Source: Geopsychrobacteraceae bacterium (GTDB lineage: Bacteria > Desulfobacterota > Desulfuromonadia > Desulfuromonadales > Geopsychrobacteraceae). From it: a stretch of DNA of 64,000 nt. The stretch is taken from the NCBI GenBank assembly GCA_963662315.1, contig OY759353.1:1984001-2048000 (forward strand), read 5' to 3'. The notes beneath the pieces were generated by a model. That model was not told the origin of the DNA, did not search any database, and saw only the letters and a program-made list of their open reading frames with translations. Positions 42,433 through 52,706 of this stretch are shown here, piece after piece. How positions within the stretch are numbered: the first letter of the stretch is position 1; each line of letters starts with the position of its first letter. The position numbers were made by a program, and so were the translations under genes.

Positions 42433-43337
42433 CTTCCTCTGTCTTCAATACCACGTAAATCCTGTAAAAATTCCTGATAAAACCGATGCTCCCGGCTGGT
42501 CGCGCCACGCAGTCCCACCACCTTGCCGGCAAACATCTGGGCAGCATGCAACGCGCAGGTCACACTCCAGCCCTGAAGCAGGCCATGGAGATAGACCGCT
42601 GTAAAAGCGTCACCGGCACCAACCGTATCAACAACTTCAGTTGCGACAGGTGGTGTGCCCCTGTGGATACGGCCATCAGCACTGCACACAAAAGCGCCAT
42701 CGCGCCCGCAGGTGACGATCAGTTGCTCAAGGTCAAAACGCCGTACAAACTCGCGCGCGGCATCTCCGTCACTTGCAGCACCATCTCCCAGGAGATGCAG
42801 CTCTTCTCTATTTAATTTAACCCAGCGCGCTTCTTCGAGCCAAACCAGCACTTGTTCCTTATTCCACCAGGGCGTTCGCAAATTGACATCAACAAAAATA
42901 GCGGGGTCAAAAATCTTCTTGGCTGCCTTCAGCGCTCTTTGGCTGACATCATTACGCAGAGCCAGGGTGCCATGATACAAAATGCCCTGCGCAGCCATGG
43001 CAGGAGGCAATGCTGTGGCATCGATAAAATCATAAGCACAGTCAGGCACAATCCGATAGACGGGCTCGCCGCCTGCAAATTGGACATCCACCTTTCCGCT
43101 GGGGTGCAGCCTATCCTCCTGCAGCCCTGCCAGGGACAATTTCCACTCCAGCATGGCCGTTCTGATCTCCCGCCCCGCCTGGTCACAACCAACGCGCGAG
43201 AGCAAAAGCGGCGCATCCCCCATGGCCTGTAAATGCCAGGCGACATTAAACGGGGCACCACCAAGAACCGTTTTCCCGTCAGGGAACACGTCAAAAAGGA
43301 CTTCCCCAAAGACATAGATTGCTGAATCTGTTTTCAA
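42429..43337 (-). CDS. PfkB-family fructokinase
   Basis: GEVLFD, GGAPFNVA, DTVGAGDAF. Confidence 0.88.
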   Translation of the reverse strand: MKTDSAIYVFGEVLFDVFPDGKTVLGGAPFNVAWHLQAMGDAPLLLSRVGCDQAGREIRTAMLEWKLSLAGLQEDRLHPSGKVDVQFAGGEPVYRIVPDCAYDFIDATALPPAMAAQGILYHGTLALRNDVSQRALKAAKKIFDPAIFVDVNLRTPWWNKEQVLVWLEEARWVKLNREELHLLGDGAASDGDAAREFVRRFDLEQLIVTCGRDGAFVCSADGRIHRGTPPVATEVVDTVGAGDAFTAVYLHGLLQGWSVTCALHAAQMFAGKVVGLRGATSREHRFYQEFLQDLRGIEDRGR

Positions 43338-44188
43338 GCGACAATCCTTTGTACTGTGTCACGTAACTCAGGGTAAAAATGGAGAATTCCCTGTATCACA
43401 CCCGAACAATAGTTGCCATTGCCGGGCCAGCCATCCGGACCGGCGAGATACAGGCGTTGGGCAAAGCCCTTGCTGGCAGCTCGTTGCAGTGCAGTCTCAC
43501 GCACCTCGCTCTGTCCGTTGGCAACTAAAACGGCCGGAATACGACTTTCGAGTACGGCGAGGTCATTGCCGCTGTCACCGGCAAAGAGAAGTTCTGTTTC
43601 GTCATAGCCCAGGTAACGGGCAATAAAACTCAGGGCATTCAGCTTATCTGCGCTTTTCGGCAACACATCAATCAGACCGACATGGGCGGCTTCGTCAACA
43701 CTCCAGATCAGAGTAGCAGCAACACCAAGATTTTCCAGAACGGCTTCCATCCTGGCCATGATGGCGTGTGACTGAGCGTTCAGGTTGAGATAATAACTTA
43801 ACTTGAAATGGTTCTGCTTGCTCTGTTCCTGAAGTTCAAGTTGATCAATGGGAGCCAGGGCGCGTTTGAGGTCCGCGTGCAAACGGCCATGCCAGTCAGG
43901 AGCAATGGTTTGCTGCCATAGATCGACAGAGTCCCAGTTATCACCCGTGATCCGATAAAGCATCGAACCAACATCGGTGATAGCAAAATCAGGAACCGGC
44001 AGCTGATATTCGGTAATCGCCTGCCTGGCCAGATGCTCATCCCTGCCAGTGGCATAAACCAGACAGATCCGCTCATCGCCACACAAGCGGCGGAACCATT
44101 CCCGCGCACCAGGGGTTTCTGACTGAGTCCCATTTGGGATCACCGTCCGGTCCATATCGGTACACAGCAACAACCGTAATGCGCTCAC
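43334..44188 (-). CDS. spp: sucrose-phosphate phosphatase (HAD-IIB)
   Basis: DMDRT, ATGR, K, GDSGND motifs; adjacent to sps. Confidence 0.82.
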   Translation of the reverse strand: MSALRLLLCTDMDRTVIPNGTQSETPGAREWFRRLCGDERICLVYATGRDEHLARQAITEYQLPVPDFAITDVGSMLYRITGDNWDSVDLWQQTIAPDWHGRLHADLKRALAPIDQLELQEQSKQNHFKLSYYLNLNAQSHAIMARMEAVLENLGVAATLIWSVDEAAHVGLIDVLPKSADKLNALSFIARYLGYDETELLFAGDSGNDLAVLESRIPAVLVANGQSEVRETALQRAASKGFAQRLYLAGPDGWPGNGNYCSGVIQGILHFYPELRDTVQRIVA

Positions 44189-46359
44189 TCGGCCCCCTTC
44201 TCCCGCGGATCACGACAGTTACCGAAGAAGTCATAAAAATGCAGAGCTTCAAGAATTCCGGCGGCGTAGGGCTGTTTTGAAAAATAGATCCGCTCCAGAT
44301 CAATGAGGCCTGAAAGCTCTTCGTCATGGCGGTTGGCAACCACCGCTGCCAGAGTATTCCCCCGCATCAAGGCCTCGTCGGCTCCCGAACCTCCGGCGAC
44401 AAAAACGCGTTCCAGAGGAATATTTTTCAGGGCGGGAAGATAACGCAACGCCAACCCCTTCGAGGCACGAAGCGGCAAAATATCCATAAACTGCCCGAAT
44501 GCGACCTGAACATGCACCGACTGTTCATGCTGATGCAGTAATGATTGAATATCCTCAACATCGATCAGATCCGGATCAATATAATAACTCAACTTAAAGC
44601 GACTCTGCTCAGAGCGGGGCTGCAACTTGAGGCCCGGCATATCACTCAATAAGGACCTGATCAGGCGCGGTGTCCAGAGATAGGCAATATGCCGACTCCA
44701 GCCGATATCGGCGACCAGTCCGGGAGTGTAGTAAATTTCCGTACCACTGCTGGCGATCAGGACATGAGGTTCTGGTATGCGGTGCTGCTTCAATAGCTTT
44801 AATGCCGAATCAAGACGTCGCCCGGTCGCAAGAACCTGTAACGTATTGCTGCGATGTTGGCGCAGCAAAGAGACTAGCTGCTGAAGGGCGGTGGCATCCC
44901 CGATCATGCTTAAATCGAGGTCACTGACAAACACGCGATCTCGATACGATCCCGAGGTCAAAACCACCGGCTGATGTTTCGGCGCTTTTCGGCACCTTGC
45001 CAGTGGCATAATCTGTTCCAGATAACGGTTGGCGTGGGATTGCCAGGAATAATGTTCTCGCACTCCGCTAAGGCCCTGCTTGCGGCACTGCTGCCACAAA
45101 TCATTATCCTTGAGCAATCTAAGCAGAGCGTCAGCAATAGCTTCCGTATTCAGGGGATCAACCAGCAAACCATTATCACAGTTGGCGATAATATCGCGCG
45201 GGCCACCATCCTCTGTCGCAACAATGGGCAACCCGGATGCGGCGGCTTCAATCAAAGTCAGGCCAAAGGGTTCTGTCAGCGCTGGATTGACAAAAACACC
45301 ACCCGTTGCTGCCGCGCAGCGATAAATCAGCGGGACCTGGCTGCGTTCGTGATGTTTGGGAAGTGCAACGCGGCCATACAGATCATAACGGTCAATCGCG
45401 ATTAACAGGTCCTGAAAAACCTCCTGAGCCCCCTCTTCCAGCTCTTCAATATCGTCCCGGTTTCCCGCTATAATCACCAGATTTGCCAAGCGCTGCAGTT
45501 CATCTGATCGGCCAAAGGCCTCAACCAGGGCACAGATATTTTTCCGCTTATCCGGGCGGCTTAAAGCCAGCACCAATGGTTTATAGGACTCCTTCAGATG
45601 GCGCGTAAGCATCAGGAACAACCCACTTTTCAGATCGTCAGGCTCGGAAGGTTGGAATTTTGTCAGATCGGTGCCGGGCGGAATAACCAGCATCTGCTCG
45701 GGTTGATAATAATCATAAAACTCATACTGTTCATGAATCTCCTGGCGAGTACTGGTAATAACCCGTTGAGCCGTCGCCAGCGTCATCTCTTCGGCATGAA
45801 TACGCCGCGTCATATTGAAACGGGATTCGATCTCCTCATTACTCAGACCACTATCTAAAAATCGATTGAGCTTTACGCGCCCCAGGCTGTGGCCGGTATG
45901 AATCAACCCGACGCCAAAACGCTGGGACAGCAAAGAACCAACATAGCCGGCATCGGCATAATGGCTGTGCAGGATATTCGGAACCCTCCCCTGTTCCTGA
46001 AAATAAAGGGCCAGATTATCAGCAAAGCCGTCAAGATGATCCCACAGCTGCTCTTTGGCAATATATTCCTCTGGACCGGCATCAATGCGCACAATGCGGC
46101 ACCTATCGTTGAGAACCTCAACAGTTTGGGCATAATCGTCATCAACCCTGGGATCGACAACCTTACGCGTGACCAGATCAACCCTGCCCACCGCGGGTAA
46201 TTGTGAAAGCGCCTGGGCAAGTTCGACAACATAGAGAGTCTGTCCACCGGTATCCGAGTCACGCCCCAACTCAAGGTTATGCCCACGGATAAGCCCGTGA
46301 ATGCTGATTAAACAGATGTACAAGGAAGAACCGGGATGTACCTCAACACGCGTATTCAT
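44185..46359 (-). CDS. sps: sucrose-phosphate synthase (GT4 + degenerate HAD domain)
   Basis: SIHGLIRG..LELGRDSDTGGQ, HSHYAD, TGHSLG, EPFGLTLIEAAA; C-terminal HAD has GGSGAD. Confidence 0.9.
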   Translation of the reverse strand: MNTRVEVHPGSSLYICLISIHGLIRGHNLELGRDSDTGGQTLYVVELAQALSQLPAVGRVDLVTRKVVDPRVDDDYAQTVEVLNDRCRIVRIDAGPEEYIAKEQLWDHLDGFADNLALYFQEQGRVPNILHSHYADAGYVGSLLSQRFGVGLIHTGHSLGRVKLNRFLDSGLSNEEIESRFNMTRRIHAEEMTLATAQRVITSTRQEIHEQYEFYDYYQPEQMLVIPPGTDLTKFQPSEPDDLKSGLFLMLTRHLKESYKPLVLALSRPDKRKNICALVEAFGRSDELQRLANLVIIAGNRDDIEELEEGAQEVFQDLLIAIDRYDLYGRVALPKHHERSQVPLIYRCAAATGGVFVNPALTEPFGLTLIEAAASGLPIVATEDGGPRDIIANCDNGLLVDPLNTEAIADALLRLLKDNDLWQQCRKQGLSGVREHYSWQSHANRYLEQIMPLARCRKAPKHQPVVLTSGSYRDRVFVSDLDLSMIGDATALQQLVSLLRQHRSNTLQVLATGRRLDSALKLLKQHRIPEPHVLIASSGTEIYYTPGLVADIGWSRHIAYLWTPRLIRSLLSDMPGLKLQPRSEQSRFKLSYYIDPDLIDVEDIQSLLHQHEQSVHVQVAFGQFMDILPLRASKGLALRYLPALKNIPLERVFVAGGSGADEALMRGNTLAAVVANRHDEELSGLIDLERIYFSKQPYAAGILEALHFYDFFGNCRDPREKGAE

Positions 46360-46542
46360 GACAAAAACTTTGTGAGAAGATTGAAGAAAGTCTTTCCGCA
46401 CTTGGGAAAATACTGATTTACGTATACTTATAACCATAACAAGTGACGTGGTGGGATTCAAGGAGGGGGGAAGGAAAACTTTCAGAGCGGTCCCATAAAG
46501 AAAAAGCCCCACTGTCGTCACAGTGAGGCTTTTTCTTTTAGT

Positions 46543-46620
46543 TGGCGTCCCCAGGGGGATTCGAACCCCCGTCGCCGCCGTGAAAGGGCGGTGTCCTGGG
46601 CCAGGCTAGACGATAGGGAC
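46543..46620 (-). tRNA. tRNA-Glu (TTC), copy 2
   Basis: Identical to 40177-40254. Confidence 0.97.
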
Positions 46621-46675
46621 TTATCTATAATAAAGCCCCCGCGAGAAATGTCCTCGCAGAGCGTTGCTTTTGAAG

Positions 46676-46751
46676 TGGTGAGCCGGACTGGGATCGAACC
46701 AGTGACCATCTGATTAAAAGTCAGATGCTCTACCTACTGAGCTACCGGCCC
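46676..46751 (-). tRNA. tRNA-Lys (TTT), copy 1
   Basis: GGGCCGG acceptor stem, TCTGA-CTTTTAA-TCAGA anticodon arm, CCA end. Confidence 0.97.
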
Positions 46752-46989
46752 TTGCAACGGTCGAGATTTATACTGAATTGAACAGATCAAGTCAACCCAT
46801 AAAAGCAGTTTTTTTCTATTTGATGCAAAAAAATAGAAGCTCGCAGAAGAACCATCAGGGTCATGGATCGAGTACAGGTTCAGGACCGCTTGCTTGACAA
46901 CTGGGTTGTAACAGGTTGGAACGTTGGTTAGTTGGGGATCAGCCGTGGAATGAATTTCGATCATCACATGACCTCCTCTTGTGTACGCA

Positions 46990-47490
46990 TTAAGATCGTT
47001 CTGCGAGCATGTCGAAATAATCGACATGCGGTGGCAATGTCAACGCTTTGGGGCGTAACGCTTGAATAGCATTTTTTACGAAAGCTTTGTTGTTCCCGCG
47101 CTCCAGCATTATTTGTGCTGCCATCAACCCGGTACGCCCGGAACCGCCCTTACAGTGAATAGCAATGGTTTTGCCTTCAGTTAACAGCTGATGCACAGCG
47201 GGTCCTGCATGCAGCCAAGCCTTGGTAAAATCATCTTTTGGCGCACGATCGTCCTCAATGGGGCAGTGGAACCACTGCAAGCCATGTGTTGCGCATAAAA
47301 CTGCCAGCCCATCTGCCTTGTGTTGAATCAACTCTTCTTTTGTCATTAATGTAATCAGCGCAGCAGCACCTGCCTGACATAAGGTGGCTAAGGCATCGTC
47401 AATGGAAGTTTCTTTGGTGCCAGGACAAGGTGTAAAGATCAATGCTCCAGTACCTTCATTCAGCGCAAGTATATCAAATGGGTGTGGCAT
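46990..47490 (-). CDS. dual-specificity/protein-tyrosine phosphatase-family protein
   Basis: CX5R loop HCKGGSGRTG; PIED acid loop. Confidence 0.88.
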   Translation of the reverse strand: MPHPFDILALNEGTGALIFTPCPGTKETSIDDALATLCQAGAAALITLMTKEELIQHKADGLAVLCATHGLQWFHCPIEDDRAPKDDFTKAWLHAGPAVHQLLTEGKTIAIHCKGGSGRTGLMAAQIMLERGNNKAFVKNAIQALRPKALTLPPHVDYFDMLAERS

Positions 47491-47609
47491 AAATATCCTT
47501 TTATGTTAAAGGTGATTCGTGAGAAGTCTTTGGCTAAACGATGGCGACGATATGCCTCCAACAACCAGAGAGTTAACAATTTAGGCGATATTTCCTTGCG
47601 GCCTCACTT

Positions 47610-48809
47610 TTAAGATTTAACCTTTTCCGTATCAAACCAGCCAACCGTTTTTTTGCAGATTCCCACCAGCATTAACATGACAGGTACCTCGATAAGGACA
47701 CCGACCACGGTGGCCAGGGCGGCACCGGAGGACAGGCCGAACAGCATGACCGAGGTTGCGATTGCGACTTCAAAGTGATTTGAAGCACCAATCATGGCTG
47801 CCGGTGCGGCATCCGCGTAGTTGAGCTTGAGGATCTTTGCTGCGCCGTAGCCCAGGCCGAAAATAAAAACGGTTTGTAGAAACAATGGGATAGCTATCCA
47901 GAGGATGGTGAGCGGGTTAGCCAGAATGGTTTCCCCCTTAAAGCTGAATAACAGCACCAGGGTCAGCAACAGTGCGCAGATGGTCACGGGGGTCAAGACG
48001 TGAAGAAACCTTTCCTTGAACCACTCTTCTCCCTTGTGAGCAATAAGCCATTTCCGGGAAAAATAGCCTGCCATCAGCGGCAATGCTACATAGATGGCAA
48101 CGGATAACAGCAATGCCTGCCACGGAACCGGGAGCTTGCCGACACCCAGTAAAAATCCGCCCAACACACCGTAAAGAACCAGCATGGTCAGTGAGTTGAT
48201 GGCAACCATAACGAGCGTCAGCCCATCATTCCCCCGAGCCAGATAGCCCCAGACCAGAACCATGGCGGTACAGGGTGCGATCCCGAGCAAAATGCATCCG
48301 GCAAAATAACTGCGCCACAGCGGAATCTGGAGCATCTTGACGCCTTCATGCAAAACCACGGTTCCGGCACCGTGTCCCGCACCAACCGGCAGATCAAGAC
48401 CGAACGGCATTTTTACCAGGTCCATCGCTTCGCTGCCAATCAAGCCTTTGAGCAGGACGCCAAGGAACAACATGGCGAAAAAATACATGGTAAACGGTTT
48501 GATACACCAGTTGATGAACAGGGTCAGGAAAACCGGTTTTCCGCTTTTCCCGGCTTTGACCACGCTGGCAAAATCGATCTTGACCATGATCGGGTACATC
48601 ATGAAGAACAGGCAGATGGCAATCGGAATGGAAACAACTGGCGCACCATTGACAGTGATACTCATGCCGTCCAGTGTTTGTGCCAATGTCGGAGAAAATT
48701 TTCCAAGCAGGATTCCGACAACAATACACAAACCGACCCAGACAGTCAGATACTTTTCAAAAATGCTGGTCATCTGCCGGTCACTGACCGGGCACATATC
48801 ATGTTTCAT
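47610..48809 (-). CDS. acr3: Acr3-family arsenite efflux transporter
   Basis: [35 protein letters not shown]. Confidence 0.95.
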   Translation of the reverse strand: MKHDMCPVSDRQMTSIFEKYLTVWVGLCIVVGILLGKFSPTLAQTLDGMSITVNGAPVVSIPIAICLFFMMYPIMVKIDFASVVKAGKSGKPVFLTLFINWCIKPFTMYFFAMLFLGVLLKGLIGSEAMDLVKMPFGLDLPVGAGHGAGTVVLHEGVKMLQIPLWRSYFAGCILLGIAPCTAMVLVWGYLARGNDGLTLVMVAINSLTMLVLYGVLGGFLLGVGKLPVPWQALLLSVAIYVALPLMAGYFSRKWLIAHKGEEWFKERFLHVLTPVTICALLLTLVLLFSFKGETILANPLTILWIAIPLFLQTVFIFGLGYGAAKILKLNYADAAPAAMIGASNHFEVAIATSVMLFGLSSGAALATVVGVLIEVPVMLMLVGICKKTVGWFDTEKVKS

Positions 48810-48889
48810 ACCTTACCTCCGTACCGTAATCTATCCGCTCAAATAGCTCGAATGAAAACGGGACAACAATATGTTCATTATTGCGTAGT

Positions 48890-50116
48890 TTACTCAGATG
48901 GGATACCTGCTACCTGTCCTCGTGGTAATTTCATGGAAATCCCTCCGGCCATTAACACAAACAGGGCAGAGACCCAAAGACAGCCAACCAACCCCGCCAA
49001 CTGGAAGACAATCCCCGATAACAGAGTACCAACCAGCCTGCCGGCAGCATTGGCCATGTAATAAAAGCCAACATTAAGGGCCGTATCATCCGCTTCGGTA
49101 TAGGCGAGAATCAGGTAACTGTGCACCGAGGAATTAACGGCGAAGATAAACCCAAACAGAGCCAAACCTGCAATAACTGTCAACCAGGGAGACAGGTTGA
49201 ACATGACACCGACAGCTATCAATGCTGTCAGACCAGCTAAAGCGAAAGCCCCAACACTTGCCGTACCTCCTCGGGGAGTGCCCCCACGTAGGCCGGATTT
49301 CAGAAATTTAGGTGCCAGTGCCTGGACTCCGCCATAGCCGATCACCCAAAGGGCAAGAAAACCACCAACCTCGGTATGACCCCAGCCCAGGCTTGCTGAT
49401 AAAAAGACTGGCAGGCCAACAACAAACCAGATATCCCGAGATCCGAACAGGAACAGTCGGGCTGCGGAAAGCAGATTGATATTGCGGCTTTTAGAGAAGA
49501 TGGCCGAAAATTTTGTTTTCTTCTTCGCCACGCCGATCTCCCTCGGCAGAGACAACGCCGTTGCCACCAACACGATAAGCAGACCCGCAGCCATCAGCCA
49601 CAGTGATCCTCGGAAACCGACACTCGCCAGTAACAGCCCACCAAGAAAGAAACCTGCTCCTTTCAAAGCATTTTTAGATCCGGTCAGCAATGCGACCCAT
49701 TTAAACAGGGCACTATCAGCATCCTCAGGGACCAAAACCTTGATGGCACTTTTGCTGCTCATTTTAGTCAGGTCCTTGGCAATACCCGATAGCGCCTGTA
49801 GACCCATCACATAACAAACCGAGAAAACAGGTGCCCAAGCCGGATCGAGCAGTCCCAGGGCAAACAATGCGCCAACCTGAAGGGCCAACCCGGCAAATAA
49901 GGTGACTTTCAGCCCCAGGTGCGATCCGATCCAGCCGCCGATCAGGTTGGTCACCACCCCGAAGAACTCGTAGAGCAGAAACAGAAATGCAATCTGCACC
50001 GCACTGTAACCGAGCTCGTAGAAGTGCAACAGCACCAGCATGCGCAGAGCACCGTCGGTCAGGGTAAAGCCCCAATAGGCTCCAGTGACCAGGGCGTAGT
50101 TCCGAACCCCGCTCAT
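48890..50116 (-). CDS. arsJ: ArsJ organoarsenical (1-arseno-3-phosphoglycerate) efflux MFS transporter
   Basis: [42 protein letters not shown]; coupled to gapdh. Confidence 0.92.
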   Translation of the reverse strand: MSGVRNYALVTGAYWGFTLTDGALRMLVLLHFYELGYSAVQIAFLFLLYEFFGVVTNLIGGWIGSHLGLKVTLFAGLALQVGALFALGLLDPAWAPVFSVCYVMGLQALSGIAKDLTKMSSKSAIKVLVPEDADSALFKWVALLTGSKNALKGAGFFLGGLLLASVGFRGSLWLMAAGLLIVLVATALSLPREIGVAKKKTKFSAIFSKSRNINLLSAARLFLFGSRDIWFVVGLPVFLSASLGWGHTEVGGFLALWVIGYGGVQALAPKFLKSGLRGGTPRGGTASVGAFALAGLTALIAVGVMFNLSPWLTVIAGLALFGFIFAVNSSVHSYLILAYTEADDTALNVGFYYMANAAGRLVGTLLSGIVFQLAGLVGCLWVSALFVLMAGGISMKLPRGQVAGIPSE

Positions 50117-51123
50117 GACAGGCTCACGGCCACCTTCCGGCACAACTCCATCATGCGGTTGGCATAGCCCATTTCATTGTCATACCAGATATAGACCTTC
50201 AGTTGCGTGCCATTGACGACCATGGTTGAAGGTCCATCAACAATCCCCGAACGGGTGTCGCTCTTGAAATCAATGGAGACCAGGGGGCGATCTTCGATGC
50301 CCAGGATTCCGTTAAGATAGGTGTCAGCAGCTTCATGAAACAGGCCGTTCACTTCTTCAACAGTCACTTCGCGTTGCATTTCGAAAACGGCGTCGGTGAT
50401 GGAGCCGGTCAAAAGAGGCACCCGGATGGCATGGCCGTTGAGTTTGCCTTTCAGTTCCGGATAGATAAGTGTGATGGCCGTTGCACTGCCTGTGGTAGTC
50501 GGAATCAGCGACATGCTTGCCGCCCGGGCTCGGCGCAGATCCTTGTGCGGCGCATCGATAACCACTTGGGTGTTGGTGGCGTCATGGATCGTGGTGATGC
50601 TACCGTGGGCAATGCCGATCTTTTCGTGCAGCACCTTGACCACCGGAGCCAGGCAGTTAGTGGTGCAGCTCGCCGCCGTCAGCAGATGGTGCTCGGCCGG
50701 ATTGTAAAGATCATCGTTGACACCCATGACGATATTCAGGGCACCGTGTTTTACAGGAGCTGCAACGACCACCTTTTTTACCCCTCGATCATAATAAGGC
50801 TGCAGCAGTTCGGTTGTACGAAATTTGCCAGACGATTCAATGACAATATCGACACCAAGATCATCCCATGGGACCTCCCCCGGAGTCTTATGTTCGGAAA
50901 AAGAAACCTGCTTGCCATCGACGCTGATCGCAGCGTCGGTATAAGCGATCTCATGGGGCCAACGACCGTGGACCGAATCAAATTCCAGCAAATGAGCGGC
51001 ACATTCAGGGCCACCCTTAACTTCATTGATATGAACAATTTCAAATTCAGGCCAGTCCCAGGCGGCGCGGAATGCCAGACGCCCCATACGGCCAAATCCG
51101 TTAATACCAACACGAATACCCAT
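50113..51123 (-). CDS. ArsJ-associated glyceraldehyde-3-phosphate dehydrogenase
   Basis: [26 protein letters not shown]; overlaps the arsJ start. Confidence 0.92.
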   Translation of the reverse strand: MGIRVGINGFGRMGRLAFRAAWDWPEFEIVHINEVKGGPECAAHLLEFDSVHGRWPHEIAYTDAAISVDGKQVSFSEHKTPGEVPWDDLGVDIVIESSGKFRTTELLQPYYDRGVKKVVVAAPVKHGALNIVMGVNDDLYNPAEHHLLTAASCTTNCLAPVVKVLHEKIGIAHGSITTIHDATNTQVVIDAPHKDLRRARAASMSLIPTTTGSATAITLIYPELKGKLNGHAIRVPLLTGSITDAVFEMQREVTVEEVNGLFHEAADTYLNGILGIEDRPLVSIDFKSDTRSGIVDGPSTMVVNGTQLKVYIWYDNEMGYANRMMELCRKVAVSLS

Positions 51124-51309
51124 ATTGCGAACCCTTTCATTATTCAGAGATTATAAATATCGCTATAAAAAAATCAGCGGCAATGCACACCGCTTCTTTC
51201 TGGCTGATACTGATTGAATTTTAAAATATCATTAGCTGCACAAGCGGAGGGCTGTCAAGATTAGGAGGCATCCGTTAACAGGTAGATGCAAAAAATTTTC
51301 GATTAATAG

Positions 51310-52011
51310 TCATGTCGCTGAATAGATCAACCAGATGCCACCGGCAACAACCAACGCGCCGCAGACTCTTTTGATCCAGAGTGTCCCTTTGGAACCTTCG
51401 TTCCAGTTGAGATAATGCTGAACCTTTTCGCTAAAGGTCCCGGCAAAAACGATCACCGCACAGTGCCCGATGCCGTAAGCGAGCAACAGCATGACAGCGA
51501 AAAGCAGGTTCTCTGCAGCCTCGGTAAATGCCACCCCGAGAACCGGGCCCATAAAGGCAAAAGTACAGGGTCCAAGAGCTATCCCGAAAACAAGTCCGAG
51601 AAGCAGTGCCGCCCAAAGGCCCTTGCGCTGCATACCGACCTGTCCGGGACCTGACCAGGGCATAGGGATGAGCCCCCACAGATGCAGGCCAAAGAGCAAA
51701 AAAATGACGGCAACCAACCAGTTTCCCCAGGCCCCGATATCTCCCAGCATTCTTCCCGCCAGGGCGGTCAGCAGACCGATCAGCGCAATCGAGACCAGAA
51801 TGCCGATGGCAAACAGGCTGGAGATGCTAAATGCACGCCTGGTGTTCATTTGTCCCTGACCGTCGATAAAACCGACGATCAGGGGGATACTTGCCAGATG
51901 ACAGGGTGAAAGCAGGATACTCAATACACCCCAGCCGGCTGCAGCGCCAAGAGCAATGGCAGGAGCTCCGCTGACCGCCTGCCCCAACCCGGTCATGAGC
52001 TGTTCGATCAT
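51310..52011 (-). CDS. CcdA/DsbD-beta-like thiol-disulfide membrane transporter
   Basis: SPCHL and GPCT cysteines; about six TM helices. Confidence 0.85.
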   Translation of the reverse strand: MIEQLMTGLGQAVSGAPAIALGAAAGWGVLSILLSPCHLASIPLIVGFIDGQGQMNTRRAFSISSLFAIGILVSIALIGLLTALAGRMLGDIGAWGNWLVAVIFLLFGLHLWGLIPMPWSGPGQVGMQRKGLWAALLLGLVFGIALGPCTFAFMGPVLGVAFTEAAENLLFAVMLLLAYGIGHCAVIVFAGTFSEKVQHYLNWNEGSKGTLWIKRVCGALVVAGGIWLIYSAT

Positions 52012-52364
52012 CAGTTGCTCCCGCTGAAATCGTAACCGAGCTCACGCCATTTAGACAGAATTTCCTCGCGGCCATAGAACCCGACATGGCGGAACAGTTC
52101 TTTCCCATCCGCCGCATAAAAGATCTGGGTGGGGATCATCCTGACATTATATTTCGCCGCTTCTTCCCGGTACTTCCAGACATCGACAAAATTGACGTCC
52201 ATGCTTCCGGCGAAGTCCTCTTTTAACTGCTCAAGGATCGGGGCCATTTTAATGCAGGGAATGCACTTATCGGCACCGACATCAACCAGCTTGGGCAACT
52301 CTTCTGCCTGACAACTGACGGCAAAAAAAGCTAATAAAAAAAGAAGAAGAGAGGCTTTTTTCAT
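52011..52364 (-). CDS. exported thioredoxin-family protein (possible lipoprotein)
   Basis: Signal peptide ending AVSC; CIPC; IPTQ. Confidence 0.82.
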   Translation of the reverse strand: MKKASLLLFLLAFFAVSCQAEELPKLVDVGADKCIPCIKMAPILEQLKEDFAGSMDVNFVDVWKYREEAAKYNVRMIPTQIFYAADGKELFRHVGFYGREEILSKWRELGYDFSGSN

Positions 52365-52368
52365 CGCG

Positions 52369-52602
52369 TTAACCGAGCATTTTTTCGATTTCAGCCGGAC
52401 TCGGCAGCTTACCGACAGATACCACCTTGCCATCGACAACAAGTCCAGGTGTGGTCATGACACCGAAATTCATAATCTGGGCAAGATCGGTGATTTTTTC
52501 CATTTCATATTCAACACCAAGGTTTTTTGCGGCCTGTTCGGCATTTTCCGCAAGTTTTTTACATTTGGCACAACCGGTACCAAGAATCTGAATTTTTTTC
52601 AT
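52369..52602 (-). CDS. small redox-active disulfide protein (Thioredoxin_3 type)
   Basis: ILGTGCAKC, GVMTTP. Confidence 0.88.
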   Translation of the reverse strand: MKKIQILGTGCAKCKKLAENAEQAAKNLGVEYEMEKITDLAQIMNFGVMTTPGLVVDGKVVSVGKLPSPAEIEKMLG

Positions 52603-52706
52603 GAGATAATCTCCTTTTTGGGTATGTAGTTATGAACAACAGCGTCTGCGGGAGCTTCCAAAACATTTTCTGTAAATGAAAAGGCAATACAACGCCCTCC
52701 TCGGCA

